A stretch of 64,000 bases of DNA from Dehalococcoidia bacterium (lineage in GTDB: Bacteria > Chloroflexota > Dehalococcoidia > Lucifugimonadales > CAZENU01): assembly GCA_965222125.1 (NCBI GenBank), contig CBDCTC010000002.1:41270-105269 (forward strand), in the 5' to 3' direction. The notes beneath the pieces were generated by a model. It ran no database searches. It was not told where the DNA came from and saw only the letters and a list, made by a program, of their open reading frames with translations. This document shows, piece by piece, positions 20,099-29,528 of this stretch. Each line of letters begins with the position of its first letter. The first letter of the stretch is position 1. The translations under genes and the position numbers were made by a program.

Positions 20099-20815
20099 AT
20101 GGCGCTGACTGAGAAATTGGCCCCGGCTCGGCCTGCCGGCCGCAGCCTGTACATGGACGGCGTCCTCCTCTTGACCGCCGCCCTCATGGGACTCACGCTG
20201 TATCTGGTCTTCCTATGGGTGCCCACCGAGGTCAACCTGGGCGTTTCCCAGCGGATCTTCTACTTCCATGTGCCCATCTCGATGTTGGGCCTCAGCTCCA
20301 TCGTCGTCCCCGCCGCCGCCAGCATCGCCTATCTCGTCACGAAGAAGAACAGGCAACGCTGGGACAGCCTGGCCTACGCTTCCGCGGAGGTCGGTCTGCT
20401 CTTCGCCACCCTCAGCCTGGTGACCGGCGTGCTCTGGATCAAGCCGGTGCAGGGCGTCTGGTGGACGTGGGAGCTGAAGCTGACGCTCACCCTGATCGTC
20501 TGGTTCATCTACGCGGCCTATCTGATGCTCGACAACTACGGCCCGCAGGGGTCTCAGGGAGAGCGGTTCAGGGCCGTCGTCGCCGTGATAGGCGTCATGG
20601 CCGCCGGCATGAACTGGGTATCGACCAAGATCGTCGACCGCAGGGCCCACCCGGACACCATCGTGCTCAACATGGACCTTGACGGGCGGATGGCCGCCGT
20701 CGTACTCCTATCCCTGGTGGTCTTCACGCTGCTCTTCGCGTACCTGCTGACCGACCGGTACCGACTCAGGCGCGCGGAGAGGGACATAGACGGGTTGTAT
20801 CGGCATGTCCAGTAG
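20099..20815 (+). CDS. ccmC: Cytochrome c biogenesis heme chaperone CcmC
   Basis: RIFYFHVP, Trp-rich W.KP..G.WWTWE..LT motif, HP motif, six TM helices; upstream of ccmE. Confidence 0.85.
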   Translation: MALTEKLAPARPAGRSLYMDGVLLLTAALMGLTLYLVFLWVPTEVNLGVSQRIFYFHVPISMLGLSSIVVPAAASIAYLVTKKNRQRWDSLAYASAEVGLLFATLSLVTGVLWIKPVQGVWWTWELKLTLTLIVWFIYAAYLMLDNYGPQGSQGERFRAVVAVIGVMAAGMNWVSTKIVDRRAHPDTIVLNMDLDGRMAAVVLLSLVVFTLLFAYLLTDRYRLRRAERDIDGLYRHVQ

Positions 20816-21437
20816 CCCCGTGCGCCGCGCGGCCGCGGCCGCCGCCGTGTTGGGCCTGCTCTCGGCGCTCGCGCTCCACGGAAGCGCGGAAGCCATGGTC
20901 GAGGAACCGGATACTGCCGACGTCCGCCGGTGGGACGGGCAGGCGAACGCCGCGCCGGAGATACACGCCGGCAGCGCTTCGGTGCGGGAGAAGGCGGGAG
21001 AGGTCAGGCTGATCGTCGCGCTCGACAGGACCGTCGACCACGACGTCAGCGTCAGATACGCCACGGAGGACGGCACCGCGAAGGCCCCCGGTGACTACAC
21101 CAGCGCGAGCGGTGTCGCGACTGTACCCGCCGGGGCGACGTCGACCGCGATCGTGCTCGTCATCGTCGACGACACCGACAAGGAGCCGACGGAGACCTTC
21201 AGCGTCAGGCTGTCGGACGCGCAAGACGCTATAATGCGGGCAGGCGGCGAGAGCGGCACCGTGACCATCGTGGACGCCGACCCCGGCCCCAATCTCGGCT
21301 ACCTGTTTGCCGTGTACATGGTCACCTGGGCCGCGTTCTTCGTCTACGTGTTCATGATGTCGCGACGGCAAAGGGCCATGCGGGACGAAATAGAAGCCCT
21401 GCGCGCAGCAATCACCGGGAACGACGACACGGACTGA
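20805..21437 (+). CDS. CcmD-like protein with N-terminal signal peptide and Calx-beta domain
   Basis: V.Y.T.DGTA.APGDY...SG...DD...E..ETF.V.LS (Calx-beta); C-terminal YLFAVY.VTW..FF.Y...RRQR..R.EIE.L (CcmD); between ccmC and ccmE. Confidence 0.7.
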   Translation: MSSSPVRRAAAAAAVLGLLSALALHGSAEAMVEEPDTADVRRWDGQANAAPEIHAGSASVREKAGEVRLIVALDRTVDHDVSVRYATEDGTAKAPGDYTSASGVATVPAGATSTAIVLVIVDDTDKEPTETFSVRLSDAQDAIMRAGGESGTVTIVDADPGPNLGYLFAVYMVTWAAFFVYVFMMSRRQRAMRDEIEALRAAITGNDDTD

Positions 21438-21438
21438 C

Positions 21439-21885
21439 ATGGCGCACGCTACGAAGACGATAACCGCCCAGCCGGTGGGCGACCGGGAGGGCTCGGGGCT
21501 ATTCTCACTCGCCGTCGGCGGCGCGGTGGTCGTCGCTGCCCTGGCCTACTTCGCCTTCATGGCATTCCAGAGCGCGACGGTGTACTACTACACCGTTGGC
21601 GAGCTCCAGGACCGGGGGGCGACAGCCACTGGCGAGACCGTCCGCGTGAGCGGCAAACTGATAGACGGCTCCTTCAGCCGAGACACGGACTCCACGCTGG
21701 CGCGATTCACCCTCACCGACGGTGCAACGGACCTTCTGGCGACCCACGACGGCGTGCTGCCGGAGCTCTTCTTCAACGAGCACTCGGAGATCATCCTCGA
21801 GGGCAACTACACCCCCGAAGGCGTCTTCCAAAGCCACAACGTGATCGTGAAGTGCCCGTCCAAGTACGCCGGCGAGGATGGGTAA
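21439..21885 (+). CDS. ccmE: Cytochrome c maturation protein CcmE (CxxxY variant)
   Basis: N-terminal TM, VYYYTV.E, VRVSG, LPELF, KCPSKY. Confidence 0.9.
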   Translation: MAHATKTITAQPVGDREGSGLFSLAVGGAVVVAALAYFAFMAFQSATVYYYTVGELQDRGATATGETVRVSGKLIDGSFSRDTDSTLARFTLTDGATDLLATHDGVLPELFFNEHSEIILEGNYTPEGVFQSHNVIVKCPSKYAGEDG

Positions 21886-21934
21886 GGGGCCGGATCAGTC
21901 CGACCGGGGCGTGGATACCCTGCCGGGCGGCCTG

Positions 21935-22207
21935 CTAGCCTTCCTCTGCGTCGCGGAGTTTGGCGCTCACGCGGTCGGCGAATTGCGGAGGGGCCGGGGT
22001 GCTGTCCATGTTGCGAAGCAGCCCCAGGGTCGCTCGCAGCGTGTTGAAGAACGATACGCACGGGCCGCACTTCTCCAGGTGGTCGCGTACACGGCGCCTG
22101 AGGTCAGGCTCGACGTCTTCGTCGAGGTAGTCCGAAGCGATGTTGCGGGTGTCGGCGCACCCGACGTCGGCGTTTCTCCTGAAGACGCTGAGTAACCACG
22201 ATAGCAT
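21935..22207 (-). CDS. zf-HC2 anti-sigma factor
   Basis: C...SDYLD.......HLEKCGPC (Hx3Cx2C); divergent from ECF sigma. Confidence 0.85.
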   Translation of the reverse strand: MLSWLLSVFRRNADVGCADTRNIASDYLDEDVEPDLRRRVRDHLEKCGPCVSFFNTLRATLGLLRNMDSTPAPPQFADRVSAKLRDAEEG

Positions 22208-22391
22208 CTGCCTCCCCTCCGGCCCGACGACTTCTACTTTTGGCTGCGTGCCCCTACAATAGGTGTGACACTAATATGATGCGCCATTTCCTGCAAGGGT
22301 TCTCATGAATCTCTGCGGCTGAGTCCGCGCCCTCGTCATTGTAGACGACCGGGAGACCGCGGGGGCGCCGGACTCCCCTCGCGCTAGCAAT

Positions 22392-22928
22392 ATGGCAAAC
22401 GACGACACGACAGATCGTCCAGACTTCGAGTCCCTGGTCAGGGAGCACGCCGACTTCGTATACAACGTCGCGTTCCGGATGATGGGCAACCACGAGGACG
22501 CGGAGGACGTCGCCCAGGAAGCCTTCCTGTCGGGCTACCGGGCCTTCGACCGCTTCCGCGGCGACTCCAGGACGACCACTTGGCTGTACCGGATCACAGT
22601 AAACGCCGCACTGATGCGGCTGCGCAAGACGAAGCTCGCACGCTCGTTGACGCACACCGGGATCGACGATCTCGAGGTCGCCGACTGGAGCCAGACGCCC
22701 GACCGCGCGGCCCAGAACTCCGAGCTGCAGGACAAGCTGAGGCAGGGGCTCGACCGTCTCGAGCCCGACCTGCGCGCCGCCGTGGTGCTGCGCGACGTAC
22801 AGGGACTGTCGAACGCGGAGGCCGCCGACGTGCTCGATCTGTCGGTCCCCGCGCTGAAGTCGCGGCTCCACCGGGCGCGGGTGCTGCTCCGGGGATTCCT
22901 CTCCGACTACGCCGCAACGGCCGCTTAG
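22392..22928 (+). CDS. ECF (sigma-70 family) RNA polymerase sigma factor
   Basis: DAEDVAQEAF, TWLYRITVN, GLS..E.A..L.....KSRLHRAR. Confidence 0.92.
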   Translation: MANDDTTDRPDFESLVREHADFVYNVAFRMMGNHEDAEDVAQEAFLSGYRAFDRFRGDSRTTTWLYRITVNAALMRLRKTKLARSLTHTGIDDLEVADWSQTPDRAAQNSELQDKLRQGLDRLEPDLRAAVVLRDVQGLSNAEAADVLDLSVPALKSRLHRARVLLRGFLSDYAATAA

Positions 22929-23138
22929 CAGCAGCGGGCCGGCCGGCGACGATTCGCGCAGGCCCGTACGCGCCTACTCTGCGTCAGGGCGCCAGACAGC
23001 CGTTCACCCCGAGTAGCGCTGATGGGTCATCGGCGCGTATCGAGGGGCGCGCGCAGGTCTCACACCAAGACATGAACGCCTACGCCTGAACCGGCTTCTT
23101 GTAACCGCGGGCCCGGCGACTTATCATCGTCGAGAGAT

Positions 23139-23213
23139 CGGGGTGTAGCGCAGCGGAAGCGCGCCTGGTTTGGGACCAGGAGGTCGCCGGTTCGATCCCG
23201 GCCACCCCGACCA
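23139..23213 (+). tRNA. tRNA-Pro(TGG)
   Basis: CGGGGTG...CACCCCGACCA, CCTGG-TTTGGGA-CCAGG anticodon arm, GGTTCGATCC T-arm. Confidence 0.95.
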
Positions 23214-23259
23214 GAAAAGGCCATACAGTCCGTATTCCGTGAACCGGAGGTCATTCGCC

Positions 23260-24738
23260 GTGGCACTGATCGACATTGGTTCCCGTAAGCAGCTCTTCGT
23301 CGACGACTACCTCATCGAAAGCATGACCAACACCAGGCAGGTGTTGAACCCGGCCGAAAAGGTCGAGAACAATCCGGTCCTCAAGCCAGAGCGGCCGTGG
23401 GAAGGCAACGACGTCCGCCCCCGCCGCATCGTCTTCGACGACCGAGACGGCGTCTACAAGATGTGGTACGAGGGCCGCCTGAACAGCGCCCGTCAGGGAG
23501 ACGGCGAGATCATCGTCACCGGCGAAGCGGACGATTCGCCGATGAAATGTCTGGCCCTCTCGGAGGATGGCGTGCACTGGGAGCGGCCCAACCTCGGCCT
23601 CGTCGAGTTCCGAGGCTCGACGAACAACAACCTGCTGCCCCGGACTCACATGCTGCCGTACGGCCCGGACATGACGACCTACTTCTTCAAGGACACCCAC
23701 GAGGAAGACCCGTCGAGGCGCTACAAGGGACTCGTCCGCACGGGCTCCACGACCACTCCCGGGATGGTCTTCGACCTGTACTTCTCGGAAGACGCCTTCA
23801 AGTGGTTTCCCTACAAGGACAACCCGGTCATCGACACGTCGCCGAAGGTGGGCCGCTGGGGGCCGACGAACTTCATGGGCTGGGACCCGATACGCGAGGT
23901 GTACGCCGTCCACATCGAGAACTGCCTCCACCGGCGCGCTCCGCTGGGCAAGCGGCTCATAGGCCGTGCGGAGAGTCCCGACATGGTCCACTGGAGTGAG
24001 CCGGAGACGATCCTCGTGCCGGACGAGCAGGACACTCCGGACACCGAGTTCTACGCGATGCCGACGATCACCTACGAGGGCATGTACGTCGGCCTGCTGT
24101 GGATATTCCGCACCACCAACACGACGCACCACCCGGAGGTCGTGTTCAGCCGGGACGGCATCCACTACAACCGGCAGTACCGCGAGCCGTTCATCCAGCG
24201 CGGGGCCCGGTGGGAGTTCGACTGCACGTCGATCTACGCCCGTACGCCCGTCGTGCAGGACGACCGCATCCTGTTCTTCTACGAGGCGACCAACTGGAGA
24301 TCGCCGGAGACGCTTCTCGCGCTCGGCGACAGGGCCACCGCGGCCGTCGGGCTGGCCGAGCTGCCGCTGGACGGATTCGTCTCGCTCGACGGCGCCAAGG
24401 GGCCGCCCGGCAACCGGGACACGGCGAGGGTCGCGCCCTACAGCGAGATGGTGACACGGTCGTTCGGCTTCACCGGCTCGCGGCTCCACGTCAACGTCGC
24501 GACCGCGCTGCAGCAGTGGGGAGCCGAGGCGCCTGAGCTGCGGGTCGAGGTGCTGGAGCCCAACCACGACACGATCGCCGGGTACACCTTCGACGACTGC
24601 GATCCGGTAACGGAGTCGGGCCAGTCCCGGGTCGTCTCGTGGGGAGGCGACGCGGACGTCGGGAGGTTAGCGGGCAAGGCCGTAAAGCTGCGGTTCTACT
24701 TCAAGAACTGCAAGCTCTACTCCTTCCAGTTCGCTTAG
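23260..24738 (+). CDS. Putative five-bladed beta-propeller glycoside hydrolase-like protein
   Basis: QLFVDD, NPVL.PERPWE, repeated S.DG.HW boxes, DGFVSL, LYSFQF terminus. Confidence 0.7.
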   Translation: MALIDIGSRKQLFVDDYLIESMTNTRQVLNPAEKVENNPVLKPERPWEGNDVRPRRIVFDDRDGVYKMWYEGRLNSARQGDGEIIVTGEADDSPMKCLALSEDGVHWERPNLGLVEFRGSTNNNLLPRTHMLPYGPDMTTYFFKDTHEEDPSRRYKGLVRTGSTTTPGMVFDLYFSEDAFKWFPYKDNPVIDTSPKVGRWGPTNFMGWDPIREVYAVHIENCLHRRAPLGKRLIGRAESPDMVHWSEPETILVPDEQDTPDTEFYAMPTITYEGMYVGLLWIFRTTNTTHHPEVVFSRDGIHYNRQYREPFIQRGARWEFDCTSIYARTPVVQDDRILFFYEATNWRSPETLLALGDRATAAVGLAELPLDGFVSLDGAKGPPGNRDTARVAPYSEMVTRSFGFTGSRLHVNVATALQQWGAEAPELRVEVLEPNHDTIAGYTFDDCDPVTESGQSRVVSWGGDADVGRLAGKAVKLRFYFKNCKLYSFQFA

Positions 24739-24765
24739 CCGAGCGAGCCCGGCGTTGCGCCGCGG

Positions 24766-25755
24766 CTAGAGGATGTCGCGCACGACCCGCGAAGCCAACG
24801 CCTCGAACTCGCCATACGCCGCGCTGGCGGCTGCGGCATGGCTGCCCAGAGCGCCGTCCGCGACCTTCAACTCGAATATCGGTTTGCGCGCTTCCTGAGC
24901 CATGGGCACGAGGCTTCTGTAGTGCTTGACCGTGGCCAGAGCGTTCTCGTCATACTGGGGAGATAGCGGATAGGGACCTTCCGCATTCCCCAACATGTTG
25001 ACGGCGTACTCTTCCGGCATTCGGTTTGTCCACCTGTCGTATGCCCTTACCGGACGACCCAAACGCACGCCGTGCTGCTGCACGATGTAGCCGACCGGCT
25101 GCATCCCTCCCTCGGGAATAGCGATGCCGTCGGAACTCGGGTTGCGACCGCGTCGATCGTCCCACTCCTCGCGCCACTTCCCAAGCGTTGGGCCGAGATT
25201 TCGGAGCCCCTGCAGCGAGAACAGGTCCGCGGCAAGCGGCACCACCACGTAGTCGGTGGCTACCAACACCGCTCTGTTCAGGGCCCCGAGATTTGGGCCT
25301 ACGTCTACGAGAACGACATCCGCCCCGCTGTCCGCGGCCGCCGTCTGTACGATGCGCCATAGCGCCGAGATAACGCGGAACGCGCGGGGTTGCCGGTCGA
25401 GACAGGCCGGCCACTGGCTCGACAACTCGTCCTCTGCCAGGGATAACTTAATGTCTCCGACGACGAGGGCAAGGCCATCCTTGGGTACCTCAACGTGAGG
25501 AGGCCCGATGTCTCCCGTTCCGTCCAGGAGTGGCTGTAGCGAGCCGTAGACCGTGCCCCTACGTCCCCTTTCGGGCCAGAGACGTTCCAGGTTGTCCTCG
25601 TCCAGAAACATGCCCGTGAGGTTGGCTTGCGGGTCCAGGTCGGCTGCAACGACTCTGAGCCCCAGATTGGCGTACATCCACGCGAGGTGATACACGAGGG
25701 AGGTTTTCCCGACGCCGCCCTTGTTGTTGAAGAACGTGAGAACCGGAATAGGCAT
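24766..25755 (-). CDS. ParA/Soj-like ATPase (AAA_31)
   Basis: FFNNKGGVGKT deviant Walker A, DLDPQANLT, VDVGPNLG. Confidence 0.88.
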   Translation of the reverse strand: MPIPVLTFFNNKGGVGKTSLVYHLAWMYANLGLRVVAADLDPQANLTGMFLDEDNLERLWPERGRRGTVYGSLQPLLDGTGDIGPPHVEVPKDGLALVVGDIKLSLAEDELSSQWPACLDRQPRAFRVISALWRIVQTAAADSGADVVLVDVGPNLGALNRAVLVATDYVVVPLAADLFSLQGLRNLGPTLGKWREEWDDRRGRNPSSDGIAIPEGGMQPVGYIVQQHGVRLGRPVRAYDRWTNRMPEEYAVNMLGNAEGPYPLSPQYDENALATVKHYRSLVPMAQEARKPIFELKVADGALGSHAAAASAAYGEFEALASRVVRDIL

Positions 25756-25774
25756 CTCAGAGACCCTTCCTTCG

Positions 25775-26977
25775 CTAGGCGGATCGTATGGTCGCGACTA
25801 CGCGACTCTGGCTGGTCTCGAACTCCACTTCGGGATGGCTCGCTTCCCGCAACAAACGCTGAGCCGTGAGTATTCCGAGGCCGAAACGCTGGACGAACCC
25901 CAACGTCTTCATGGCGTCCGCCAGATTTGGGTTGCGGTAGTCGACCTCCCCGCGCGTCCCAAAGTTGTCGGACGTCACTCTTCCGAAGGGCCCGCCCGGA
26001 CTGCTGACCTCTATTCGGTCTCGAAGCCAGTGGACGTGTACGGGCGCGTTGGTCGATTCGTACGTGCGGTGCATGACCGCGTTCCGTGTGATCTGCTGCA
26101 CCGCCTGCATCGGATATAGACTGATCCTTCGTTCGAGATCCGCCGACGTGAAGTCGACGGCAGTCCGATTGTAGGCGCTCAGCTTCTCATCCAGACGGCG
26201 AACCACATCCTGAACGGAGCCGAGGATTTCCGCGCTATCGACTACATCGCTGTACGTATTCGTTCCTCCGAATGCTAGGAATTGCACGTAGGCGCCCGGC
26301 AGGTAGTCCTGCGGGGTCTTGCCAAGTACCAGCATGCCCAACACAGTCGGAGTCGGATCGTCGACCGACGCGATCATCTTCGTGGTGGCTAGCTGCTCTT
26401 CCAGCCCGCGGTCGTTGGCGTCGAGCACGTCGCGCGCGAACGCCTGCCGCAGATACTCACGTTCGAAGAAGAGCCGGTCCAGGTCGCCCAGCGTGGCGGA
26501 AGGGATCGGGCGTACGTCGAAAGGGATGTCCCTGTAGCGGCGTTTCTCGTTCAGAACTCGTTCGTCCTGCGCGGTAGCAATCCCCCGGCGGGGCCCAGTC
26601 CTAACGTGAACTCTTCCGTTGTAGCGCACGGGCGGAGAGTCCGACGGCTGCACGATCACCACCGCCACCTCCTTCCCGCTTACGGTGCGCCTTTCTACCG
26701 TGATTGATGGCGGCGGAAGGATATTGCCGTCCGTCTTGATGTCGGCCAACTGCCGAAGCAACTTGTCGGTGACTTGTAGTCCCACAACGGCACCGTCGCC
26801 CCGCACTCCGACAAACGCCACTCCCTGCTCGCGGCGATCGGGAAGGTCGTTCGCGAAAGCGCAGATAGCTTCCCGTATCCGTCGCGGACTGTCGCCCGAC
26901 AGCGACTCCTTGAACTCGACTCGATCCGACTCCTGTTGACCGAGCAGTCGGACTAGCGCCTCGTCTTCGAGCGTCAT
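25775..26977 (-). CDS. AlbA_2 (Schlafen-like) domain plus RecG C-terminal HATPase-like domain protein
   Basis: ES.RVEFKES, ICAFAN, FVGV..DG; NAVMHRTY, I.SPGG, YRNP.LA..M..LGFVQRFG.G. Confidence 0.85.
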   Translation of the reverse strand: MTLEDEALVRLLGQQESDRVEFKESLSGDSPRRIREAICAFANDLPDRREQGVAFVGVRGDGAVVGLQVTDKLLRQLADIKTDGNILPPPSITVERRTVSGKEVAVVIVQPSDSPPVRYNGRVHVRTGPRRGIATAQDERVLNEKRRYRDIPFDVRPIPSATLGDLDRLFFEREYLRQAFARDVLDANDRGLEEQLATTKMIASVDDPTPTVLGMLVLGKTPQDYLPGAYVQFLAFGGTNTYSDVVDSAEILGSVQDVVRRLDEKLSAYNRTAVDFTSADLERRISLYPMQAVQQITRNAVMHRTYESTNAPVHVHWLRDRIEVSSPGGPFGRVTSDNFGTRGEVDYRNPNLADAMKTLGFVQRFGLGILTAQRLLREASHPEVEFETSQSRVVATIRSA

Positions 26978-27255
26978 CGCCGTTCCATTCTCCAATCGGC
27001 GCATCCGAAATAACCGGCGCGGTGCCGTGTCGACCGCACTTGCCTGCCAAGTATACGCTACCTGAGAAGGTGTGCGTGGAATCGAGTACAATGCCGGCGT
27101 CTATGGGCGAGGAGGCGTGAAGTGGATCCGCCCCGGGCATACGTTGCCTGGGGATGGCGGCGTATCTCCTCGGCTCCGCGTCGTCCTGCGACCCGTCGTG
27201 GCGAGGTTCGCAGGATTCCGAATCCGAGACTTGGGGGCGCGCTACTCGGCCGCGG

Positions 27256-27622
27256 TGTTCGAGTTGGACCGACGCCGGGCCAGCCGAGGTCGAAATAACC
27301 GACCATCACTGAAGAAGGAGGCACCAATGGTACGCATTCCAGGCGACCGCGAGCCGACGCACCCGGGCGATGTGCTGCTGAACGATTTTCTCATCCTCTC
27401 GAGATGACCCAGCACGATCTGGCCGGCGCCATCCACGTGCCCTACCAGCGCGTCAACGAAGTCGTCCGCGGCCGCCGTGGGGTAACGCCGAGCACGGCGC
27501 TGAGGCATGCCAGGTTCTTCTGGATGAATCTGAAACCTCGTTGGGACCTCTACAACGCCCAACGCACAGAGGCGGAGCAGATCGAAAGCATCCGGCCGCA
27601 TGAGTTGGTTGAAGTCTCGTAG
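27256..27622 (+). pseudogene. Decayed higBA locus: HigB C-terminal remnant plus frameshifted HigA
   Basis: CSSWTDAGPAEVEITDHH* (27256-27312) resembles the HigB end at 35228; HigA PTHPG.VL (ATG 27327) is split by a frameshift near 27400. Confidence 0.75.
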
Positions 27623-27644
27623 AGGAGCGTAGGCCTCTCGCCAG

Positions 27645-28127
27645 CTAGGCCTTTTCGAGGTCCTCGAAGCGGCCGTCGAAGAACACCAGCGGCTCGCCGC
27701 CCTCGACGACGGCATCCATGACCGCGCCTACGAAGATCGTGTGGTCGCCGTAGGGGTGCGAGCCGACCACCTCGCAGTCCAGGAAGGCAATCGAGCCAGT
27801 CACCTTGGGGCTGCCCCGCTCCGTCATTGTGAACTCGACGGGGGCCGGCCCCGCGCGCCGCATATGTTCGTCTGCGAAGTACTCGGCAGCGGGCGCCTGA
27901 TCGTCGGCAAGCACGTTGACGCAGTAGCGGTCCGTGCTGTCGATGTGCTGGTGGGTGTTGCGGCCGTGGCCGACGCACACGAGCACAAGGGGTGGATCCA
28001 GGGATATCGACGTCACCGAGTTCGCCGTCATCGCCTTGACCGACCCGTCGTCCCTCAACGTGGTCACCAAGGTGACGCCGGTCGTGAACTTGCGCATCGC
28101 TGTCCTGAGTTGTTCGCCCGAAACCAT
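27645..28127 (-). CDS. Flavin reductase family protein
   Basis: F.TGVT.VTT, TANS.TS.SLDPPLVLVC, GDHTIFVG. Confidence 0.92.
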   Translation of the reverse strand: MVSGEQLRTAMRKFTTGVTLVTTLRDDGSVKAMTANSVTSISLDPPLVLVCVGHGRNTHQHIDSTDRYCVNVLADDQAPAAEYFADEHMRRAGPAPVEFTMTERGSPKVTGSIAFLDCEVVGSHPYGDHTIFVGAVMDAVVEGGEPLVFFDGRFEDLEKA

Positions 28128-28222
28128 ACAGGCCCCAATTCCGTCGACTCAACGTACCAGCGGTTGCGTCGCGACGGGCGGCAGCGTAGTCTACTCGCCT
28201 GCAACTTGCAAGGAGCGTTCCC

Positions 28223-29473
28223 ATGAAGATCACCGACGTGAGAAGCTTGTATCTGGAGGGGCCGCGCAACCACATGCCGGGCGGAGGCGCAGGCGTCGCC
28301 AGAAAGCTGGTCGTCCGGGTTGAGACGGACGAGGGCGCCTACGGCCTGGGCGAGGCGTCGTACTTCACGGCGTCGCCGATGGGCATACGAGACGCCGTCG
28401 AGTACATCCGGATGATGCTGATCGGCAACGACCCGCTGGCGATCCGTCCGGCGCTGTCCGAGATCATGTACGGCACGCTGCCTCCCCACCCTCGATCCCG
28501 CCGCGAGTCTCCGCCTGACGCGCCGCCCGGGCTCTTCCCGATGTACCCGTGCTCGCCAACGGTCATTCAGCCCGGCCCGGTGACCTGGGGCATGTCGGGC
28601 GTGGAGATGGCGCTCTGCGACCTGGCGGGCAAGATTCTCGGCACGCCCGCCTACAACCTCCTGGGCGGCAAGTTCAGGGACGCCGTCCGCATCTACCTGG
28701 ACCGAAGCTCGCCGATCGACGTCGAGAACCTCGACTCGTGGAAGCGAATGGGCGAGCAGGTCGTCGAGGACGGCTTCACGCACATGAAGTTCGACATCGA
28801 CTACGCCGCGCCCGACCACACCGACGACGTCTGGAACCGGTCGATCTCGGCGGGCCAGATGAACCGCATCGTGGAGCGCATAGGCGCCGTGCGCGAGACG
28901 GTGGGCTGGGACATTCAGATCGCGGTCGACTGCCACATGCAGTACAACGTCGTCGACGCGATCCGGCTGTCCTACGAGCTGGCGCCGCTGAAGCCGTTCT
29001 GGCTGGAGGACCCGACGCCGCTGTACAACCCCGGCGCGGTCGTCCAGATACGCGAAAAAAGCCCGATACCGATCTGCATCGGCGAGCAGTTCATCGCCCC
29101 GGAGCTGCGGCAGTTCATCGACGCCGGGGCCTGCGACATCATCCACCCGGACATCCTGTACGACGGTGGCGTCTTTGAGACGCGTCGAATCGCCGACTAC
29201 GCCGATCTGCACTTCATCCCGCTGGCGCTGCACGGCGGCGGCGGCGCGCTCGCGACGATCGCGGCGGCCCACGTAGCCGCGGCCACGCGAAACTTCCTGG
29301 CGCTTGAGTACCACCACGTCGAGACGCCGTGGATCGGCTCCTTCGTCCGCCGCGACGGCGCCCCGCTGTTCGAGAACGGCCACGTCGTCCTGACCGACGC
29401 GCCGGGCTTCGGAGTGGAGTTGGACGAAGAGGTGTGCGCCGCCAACCTGGGACCGGGAGAGTCGCTCTTCTAG
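28223..29473 (+). CDS. Mandelate racemase/muconate lactonizing enzyme family protein
   Basis: VETDEG..GLGE, SGVEMALCDLAGK, K.D, DCH, EDP, GEQ, PG.GVE. Confidence 0.9.
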   Translation: MKITDVRSLYLEGPRNHMPGGGAGVARKLVVRVETDEGAYGLGEASYFTASPMGIRDAVEYIRMMLIGNDPLAIRPALSEIMYGTLPPHPRSRRESPPDAPPGLFPMYPCSPTVIQPGPVTWGMSGVEMALCDLAGKILGTPAYNLLGGKFRDAVRIYLDRSSPIDVENLDSWKRMGEQVVEDGFTHMKFDIDYAAPDHTDDVWNRSISAGQMNRIVERIGAVRETVGWDIQIAVDCHMQYNVVDAIRLSYELAPLKPFWLEDPTPLYNPGAVVQIREKSPIPICIGEQFIAPELRQFIDAGACDIIHPDILYDGGVFETRRIADYADLHFIPLALHGGGGALATIAAAHVAAATRNFLALEYHHVETPWIGSFVRRDGAPLFENGHVVLTDAPGFGVELDEEVCAANLGPGESLF

Positions 29474-29528
29474 CAGCAGTCCGGAATCAGCGGGAGAGAG
29501 TCCTTGGAACGCCCGACGCCTCCCTGCT

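Noticed and set aside
23007-23047. Strong hairpin between the ECF sigma gene and tRNA-Pro
   Set aside because: Single GC-rich stem without U-tract or family motif; insufficient support for a terminator or ncRNA call
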